A stretch of DNA of 31,107 nt. It comes from Eubacteriales bacterium. Lineage in GTDB: Bacteria > Bacillota > Clostridia > Oscillospirales > CAG-272. A model generated the notes under the pieces. The model was not told the origin of the DNA, searched no databases, and worked only from the letters and a program-made list of their open reading frames with translations. Each line of letters begins with the position of its first letter. Positions within the stretch are counted from its first letter, which is position 1. Position numbers and translations under genes: made by a program. The stretch is from the NCBI GenBank assembly GCA_045656725.1, contig JAZORS010000088.1, forward strand, positions 1 to 31,107, given 5' to 3'. Below are positions 25,758 to 31,107 of this stretch, piece by piece.

Positions 25758-28652
25758 GTGTACGAGCTTAAAATAGGAGAAAAAATCGAGGGCTTTGCAG
25801 TCACTCGGAAAACAGAGCTCCCTGATATAGCGGCAACTCTTTACGAAATGGAATACGAAAGGTGCGGCGCAAAGCTTGTTTTCCTTGACAGAGAGGACGA
25901 AAACAAGACCTTTTCCGTCGGATTCAAGACCGTGCCCGAAAACAGCACGGGCGTTTTCCACATAATTGAGCATTCCGTGCTTTGCGGCTCGAAAAAATAC
26001 CCGACGAAAGAGCCGTTTGTAGAGCTTTTAAAGGGCTCTCTTAACACCTTCCTTAATGCGATGACCTTCCCCGACAAAACGGTTTATCCCATTTCCACGA
26101 GAAATCCGAAGGATTTTCTCAATCTTGCTGACGTTTATCTTGACGCGGTGTTCAATCCCGTTATGAAGGATGACGTTAACGTTTTCTATCAGGAGGGCTG
26201 GCGCAGAGAAATTTCGGATTCGGGCGAGCTCTCTTATAACGGAGTGGTTTATAACGAAATGAAGGGCGCGTATTCTTCCCCTGATGAGCTTGGCGAGTCA
26301 AGGGCAAACGCGATGCTTTTCGGGGATAGCTGCTACGGCTACGATTCGGGCGGAAATCCCGATGTGATTCCTGAGCTTACTTACGAGGAATTCGTTGCTT
26401 CGTATTCGAAATTCTATCATCCGTCAAACGCATATTTTTTCATTGACGGAACGCTTGAGCTTTCGGCAATTCTCGCCCTTATTTCCTCTTACATAAAGGA
26501 TTACGAAAAATGCCCCGTTGATGCGGAAATTCCCGAAACCAAAGAGGTTTGTGTGCCGCGCGATACGGTTGAATTTGAGATATCCGACGGACAAAGCGAG
26601 GAAAACCGCACGCGTATTCTTAACAGCTATCTTGCGCAGAAATATGACGATTTTGTTTCCTCGGCCGCATTTGACGCGGCTCTTGATGCTATTGCGGGCA
26701 CGAATGAAGCACCCTTGAAGCGCGCTATACTTGATTCGGGCCTTTGCGAAAAGCTTTCGTTTTATTACGGCGGCTCGCGCCTATACTATACCCTTTCCCT
26801 TGAATTCCAGAACGTGAAGGACGGACGGGGCGAGGAGCTTCTTTCGCTCTTTGAAAAAACGCTTTCGGATATACTTGATAAGGGCATTGATAAGGAGCAT
26901 ATCGAAGCGGCGATAAACCATATGGAGTTCAGCCAGCGCGAGAGGGATATGGGACGGCTGCCCCTCGGAATATTATATAATATTTCCGTTCTCGGAACTT
27001 GGCTCTACGGCGGCGACCCGGCGGCAACGCTTTCTTATACGGAGCTTTTCGGTAAACTGCGCGAGCTTATTCCTACGGGATATTTTGAGGACGTTTTAAG
27101 AGAGTATTTGCTTGAAAACAAAAACAAGGTTACACTCACCCTCAAACCCTCCGCAACACTCGGACAAAGACGCGCCGAGGCGGAAAAAGCATTCTTTGAA
27201 AAGGAGGCGATGGCTCTTTCCGAGGAAGAAAAGAAAGGAATAAAAGAAGAAAACCGCCTTCTCAATCTTCGTCAGAGCGCGCCCGACACGCCACAAGCGC
27301 TTGCAACTATTCCCTCGCTTTCCGTATCGGATATACCGAAGGAGCTTCGCGAAACACCGACCGAGGTGAGCGAGATAAACGGAGTGCCCGTTATAACCCA
27401 CGATATGAACACGGGCGGAATCAGCTACACCGAGCTTTTCTTTGACGTGTCGGATACGGACACGTCCGATATGTATATGCTTCCTCTTTTCTCTGCTATG
27501 CTTACGAATTCTCCCGTCGGTGATAAGGATGCCTACGGCATGCAGAATCTCATTAAGCGCGAGCTTGGCGAGCTTGCCGTATCTCCTTTCGTTATGACAA
27601 GGGACGGGAAAGCAGGTCTTTATATAAAGCTTACCGCAAGCGCGCTTGACGGCAAGCGGCGCGAGCTTGTTTCAATCCTGAAAGAGATGCTTTATTCCGC
27701 GAAAATCGAGGACAAAAATACGCTCTCCGCATTTATCGCGCAAACGAAGCTTCGGCTCGAATCAAGCTTCACCGAGGCGGGTGATTCGGTGGGAACAGGA
27801 CGCGCGCTTGCTATGTGCGATGCGGAATATGCGGTGCGCGAGTACGTATTTGGCTACGAATTTTATCAAAAAATCCGCAAGCTCACCGCAGCGGATGGCG
27901 AGGAGCTTGATTTGCTTCTTGAAAAAATGCGCGCTTTCTATAAAAAAGTATTCGTAAGAGAGCGCCTTACCCTTGCCTCCTCCGGCGCAAAGGACGAAGC
28001 CTTCCTTGATGGGCTTACCCTTGCCGTGAGAGCTTCGGGCGAAAACTTTACACCTGTTAAATACAAGCCGATAAAAGCGGAAAAAGAGGCGATTGCGATT
28101 CCTGCGCAGGTTGGCTTTGCCGCGCTTGCTACGAAGCTTTCCGAAATCGGAGAGCGCGTTACCGGAGCTTTGCTCGTTGCGAAGCTTATACTGAACTACG
28201 AGTATCTGTGGGGCGAGGTCAGAGTTAAGGGCGGAGCTTACGGAGTTGCCTGCCGTGTCCGTCAGGACGGAGCTGTCAGCTTCTCTTCTTACCGCGACCC
28301 AAGCTCTCCGAAGAGCTTTGACGTTTTCAGGGGCAGTGCTGAATTCTTGCGCGAATTTGTCGGGCAGAGGGTGGATTTAACCAAGTATATAATCGGCGCG
28401 ATAGGTGAGTTTGACCCGTATTCGTCAAAGCCCCTTGAAGCATCGGGCGCAACGGCAAATTACCTCACCGGCTTTACAGCCGAAGAAAAGGCGCGTATCC
28501 GAAGGGAAATTCTCGAAGTCGGATATGACGAGCTTCTTTCGGTTGCCGACATTCTTGATAAATTCAGCTCCGCGGCAAATCAGGTGACGGTTGCTCCGAA
28601 ACCTACCCTTGACGAGCACAAGGAGCTTTACGACACGCTTTTATGTATATAA
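25758..28652 (+). CDS. Insulinase family M16C metallopeptidase (PreP/Cym1-like)
   Basis: HIIEH inverted zincin, FLNAMTFPDKTVYP, EVRVKGGAYG, SYRDP; start moved to GTG 25758 after AAGGAG. Confidence 0.93.
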   Translation: MYELKIGEKIEGFAVTRKTELPDIAATLYEMEYERCGAKLVFLDREDENKTFSVGFKTVPENSTGVFHIIEHSVLCGSKKYPTKEPFVELLKGSLNTFLNAMTFPDKTVYPISTRNPKDFLNLADVYLDAVFNPVMKDDVNVFYQEGWRREISDSGELSYNGVVYNEMKGAYSSPDELGESRANAMLFGDSCYGYDSGGNPDVIPELTYEEFVASYSKFYHPSNAYFFIDGTLELSAILALISSYIKDYEKCPVDAEIPETKEVCVPRDTVEFEISDGQSEENRTRILNSYLAQKYDDFVSSAAFDAALDAIAGTNEAPLKRAILDSGLCEKLSFYYGGSRLYYTLSLEFQNVKDGRGEELLSLFEKTLSDILDKGIDKEHIEAAINHMEFSQRERDMGRLPLGILYNISVLGTWLYGGDPAATLSYTELFGKLRELIPTGYFEDVLREYLLENKNKVTLTLKPSATLGQRRAEAEKAFFEKEAMALSEEEKKGIKEENRLLNLRQSAPDTPQALATIPSLSVSDIPKELRETPTEVSEINGVPVITHDMNTGGISYTELFFDVSDTDTSDMYMLPLFSAMLTNSPVGDKDAYGMQNLIKRELGELAVSPFVMTRDGKAGLYIKLTASALDGKRRELVSILKEMLYSAKIEDKNTLSAFIAQTKLRLESSFTEAGDSVGTGRALAMCDAEYAVREYVFGYEFYQKIRKLTAADGEELDLLLEKMRAFYKKVFVRERLTLASSGAKDEAFLDGLTLAVRASGENFTPVKYKPIKAEKEAIAIPAQVGFAALATKLSEIGERVTGALLVAKLILNYEYLWGEVRVKGGAYGVACRVRQDGAVSFSSYRDPSSPKSFDVFRGSAEFLREFVGQRVDLTKYIIGAIGEFDPYSSKPLEASGATANYLTGFTAEEKARIRREILEVGYDELLSVADILDKFSSAANQVTVAPKPTLDEHKELYDTLLCI

Positions 28653-28690
28653 CACCGCGTGTTCTCCCAAACGGAGAACACGCATCGAGA

Positions 28691-28911
28691 TAAATCCCTT
28701 GCTGGATTTTCGATATGTTGCTATCGCAACTCGATATGCCTTCGGCTCGATATGCTTTTGCATTCCTCGCCAAAGGCGAGATATGTCAAAAGCGAGAGGG
28801 ATTTATCTCATATCGAATTGTCGCGAAGCGGCAATATATCGAGCTTGAGCGCAGCGAAAGCATATCGAATTCATCTATCGTGAACATATTTCACGAAAGT
28901 GAATATATCGA
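28691..28911. repeat. TCGATATG/CATATCGA hairpin array
   Basis: TCGATATG at 28710, 28731, 28747; (C/T)ATATCGA at 28809, 28835, 28861, 28904; interspersed hairpins. Confidence 0.88.
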
Positions 28912-29072
28912 CAGAAAGAAAAACAAGAGCAAGAATAGAAGGATTTTTCTCCTTTTATTTTTGCTCTTTCTGCTTGTAATATGGGTTTGGGCTTAGCCCA
29001 TTTGCATTTGACCGGTCAAATGCGATGCTTGCACTTTTGTCAAAGTCAAAATTCTCCGCTAAGGACATCACC
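28909..29072 (-). repeat. Dispersed palindrome module, copy B
   Basis: Perfect 20-bp palindrome GCATTTGACCGGTCAAATGC at 29004-29023; homologous to 7855-8010. Confidence 0.8.
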
Positions 29073-29110
29073 CAATTCGGCGTTCGGCGCGGTTTTTTTG
29101 CGTATTTCAA

Positions 29111-29314
29111 TTATATTTGCTTGTTAACGCTTTTGTATTCATCATAAAAGCGGTAGTATTTGCATTCCCTTGTGCGATGGGAAAGGAAGCTTTCCATCTC
29201 GTCCTCGTCAAGCGAAAGGGAACAGTAGTAGGAATCCGTATATTCGTCGTATTGATAAAATTCACAGCTTTCGCAATTTGCGACTTGCCGTTTTCCGTAT
29301 TTAGAAAAATCCAT
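29111..29314 (-). CDS. DUF6472 family small Cys-rich protein
   Basis: CESCEFYQYDE...YYC.L.LDEDEM..FL...CKYYRFYDEYK; AGGAGG SD overlapping upstream stop; family recognised from memory. Confidence 0.8.
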   Translation of the reverse strand: MDFSKYGKRQVANCESCEFYQYDEYTDSYYCSLSLDEDEMESFLSHRTRECKYYRFYDEYKSVNKQI

Positions 29315-29322
29315 CACGCCTC

Positions 29323-30309
29323 CTAAAAAATGCTTTTATCCACTTTGAGCAGTCCGTCAATCCTCGTTATGCCGTATGAGGTATCTATTGCCATAGTGAA
29401 TATCTTTTCTCCGTTAACACCTACGCAGTTATCAATGGAATTGAGAAAATCAAGAGCCGACGGATGAAAATCGGAGCTGGTAACGAAAATTCCGCGCGAG
29501 CCCTGCGCAGCGCAAACGGCTCCGTAAAATCCGCGTACTTCCGTTTCGGAAGCGAAATCTATTCTGTTCTTGGTCTGCACCATAATAGTTTCGCGGAATC
29601 CGAGGGAATCAACGGTTTTCACGATTCCGTCTATTCCTCCGTCCGCCGAACCGCCCGTAACGCTGCTTTCGGTGACGGTTTTTCCGCATCTGACAAGGTA
29701 TTTTGAGAGAAGGTTCATAAAATAGTGCTCAAAAAACTCTCCGCCCTTTGAGTGCAAAAGAGCGAGAAAATCAGCCCTTAAAGAAAGGATTTGCTGTCTG
29801 TTGCCTATTTTTGCTGACATTTCGGGAACGAGGGAAAAATAATCGCCGTTTTGCTTTATAACCCTCTCGTTGACAAGACGTTTCAGTATTTGTCCGATAA
29901 AGGTGAAAAGTCGGTTATCGTCCTTTATTGTATCCGTTTCTTTTATGCGGAAAATTTCTGCGAGATTTTCGCGTAAATCCTTTTTTGTTACAGGTCCTTT
30001 GCGCAACAAATCCAGAAGAACCTGCTCGCACCTTTCAATGCGGATAAGAAGCGGCTTGTCATAATTTCTTACGTATTTTCCGCTTTTAAGCTCTATAATC
30101 CCTTTTGTATCAAGCTCGTTTATAAGAGTTCCGAGCCGGCTTTTTAAAACGTTTTTCCGTCCGTTTGTGGAATTGTCCGCATATTCGTCAGCGGTTAAAT
30201 CAAGCGCGGCAAGAGATTCGTTTATCAACTCGCCTCTTGTAAGGGGAGCTTTATATAAAGCGTCAAGTATCGCGTCGTATATTTCCTTGTATTCGGTATA
30301 AGTTGCCAT
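29323..30309 (-). CDS. Mrr-like restriction endonuclease (Mrr_cat, PD-(D/E)XK) with N-terminal winged-helix-like region
   Basis: FFEHYFMNLL, ADGGIDG...D.LG...VQTK, VRGFYGAV, GIFVTSSDF. Confidence 0.85.
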   Translation of the reverse strand: MATYTEYKEIYDAILDALYKAPLTRGELINESLAALDLTADEYADNSTNGRKNVLKSRLGTLINELDTKGIIELKSGKYVRNYDKPLLIRIERCEQVLLDLLRKGPVTKKDLRENLAEIFRIKETDTIKDDNRLFTFIGQILKRLVNERVIKQNGDYFSLVPEMSAKIGNRQQILSLRADFLALLHSKGGEFFEHYFMNLLSKYLVRCGKTVTESSVTGGSADGGIDGIVKTVDSLGFRETIMVQTKNRIDFASETEVRGFYGAVCAAQGSRGIFVTSSDFHPSALDFLNSIDNCVGVNGEKIFTMAIDTSYGITRIDGLLKVDKSIF

Positions 30310-30377
30310 AGCATTCTCTCCTGTTCCGCTTTTATTTTACTATATATTACGGAAAAAAACAAGGGGCGGAAGATAAA

Positions 30378-30477
30378 AAGCTTCTCACTCGTTGAGAATT
30401 GGGTAAAATCAATGCAAAATCTGAAAAAATATAGTCAGGAGTATAAATTTAGCGAATTTTTAATGAGTGAGAAGCTT
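30378..30477. repeat. 13-bp perfect inverted repeat enclosing 74 bp
   Basis: AAGCTTCTCACTC (30378-30390) / GAGTGAGAAGCTT (30465-30477). Confidence 0.6.
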
Positions 30478-30684
30478 GGGGCGAACGGATTTAGAGTAGA
30501 AATCGTCGTTCTCCGACCGAGAGGCGTATTTTATACGTCGGAGGGAGAAAACGGCGATAGAATAAAAAACTATAAAAACGAGGAAAAACGAAGGTTTTTC
30601 GACCTTAATATAATTAAAGCGGTGAAAAGCACAAAGAGTGGCACAGTGTTAAACAATGCCACTCTTTTTTTATTCGTTTATGCC
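30478..30684 (-). repeat. ~210-bp terminator-bearing dispersed repeat, copy 2
   Basis: Colinear homology with 23733-23942; lies just after the ABC gene stop in the same relative orientation. Confidence 0.85.
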
Positions 30685-30706
30685 TAAATGCGACAGCCAC
30701 AAATTT

Positions 30707-31107
30707 TTATGAAAATTGGCTGTTGTACAGATTCGCGTAAAAACCGCCCTTTGCGAGTAAGGATTCGTGATTTCCCGTTTCGACGATTTTTCCGTCCTTC
30801 ATAACGAGAATGAGGTCAGCGTCCTTGATAGTTGAAAGTCGGTGCGCCACAATAAATGAAGTGCGCCCGCGAATAAGCTTCATAAACGCGTCCTGAATTT
30901 TCAGCTCCGTTCTCGTATCGATAGATGAGGTTGCCTCGTCAAGAATGAGCATAGGAGGCAGGGTGAGCATAATTCTCGCAATACAGATAAGCTGTCTTTG
31001 TCCCTGCGAAAGGCTTGCGCCGTCCGAGGTAAGCATCGTGTTATATCCCTGCGGCAGATGGCTGATGAAGTAATCGGCATTTACAAGCTTTGCCGCCGCA
31101 ACTATTT
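30707..31107 (-). CDS. ABC transporter ATP-binding/permease protein, C-terminal part (truncated by window end)
   Basis: [17 protein letters not shown] signature, [11 protein letters not shown] Walker [10 protein letters not shown]. Confidence 0.93.
   Translation of the reverse strand, partial: IVAAAKLVNADYFISHLPQGYNTMLTSDGASLSQGQRQLICIARIMLTLPPMLILDEATSSIDTRTELKIQDAFMKLIRGRTSFIVAHRLSTIKDADLILVMKDGKIVETGNHESLLAKGGFYANLYNSQFS

Noticed and set aside
28659-28996. ORFs of 74-93 aa over the ATATCG array, and 8139-8489 and 15821-16262
   Set aside because: Translations of repeats or antisense to real genes; no SD or family signature
30412-30687. 91-aa ORF over the 210-bp repeat (and ORFs 23756-23950, 23859-24056)
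   Set aside because: The reading frame is not preserved between the two repeat copies (indels), so the element is treated as non-coding

Overview
Core-chromosome window from a Clostridia-like (Bacillota) bacterium, judged from gene content and sigmaA-type promoters. About 27 protein-coding genes are supported: alaS (partial), mntP, Pr6Pr protein, a prfC-trmB-radC-radC'-DUF3737-patB run, MATE, cdaR-ctpA-greA-lysS, ribF-prmA-rsmE, MFS, GDPD, THUMP methyltransferase, HtrA, a small orphan peptide, alpha/beta hydrolase, M16C peptidase, Mrr-like nuclease with DUF6472, and a partial ABC transporter. There is no rRNA, tRNA, CRISPR, transposase or integrase. The unusual signal is intergenic, where at least five families of dispersed, structured repeats recur: (1) a ~68-nt 5'-leader motif abutting the Shine-Dalgarno (SD) of both prfC and the MFS gene; (2) quasi-palindromic hairpin arrays with GTTATGA/TCATAAC or TCGATATG/CATATCGA units and GNA-loop mini-hairpins; (3) a ~160-bp module with a TTTGACCGGTCAAA palindrome joined to those arrays; (4) a ~210-bp terminator-bearing repeat; (5) a duplicated lysS 3' end resembling an att-site scar. 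All alignments and counts were done by eye; no database search was run.
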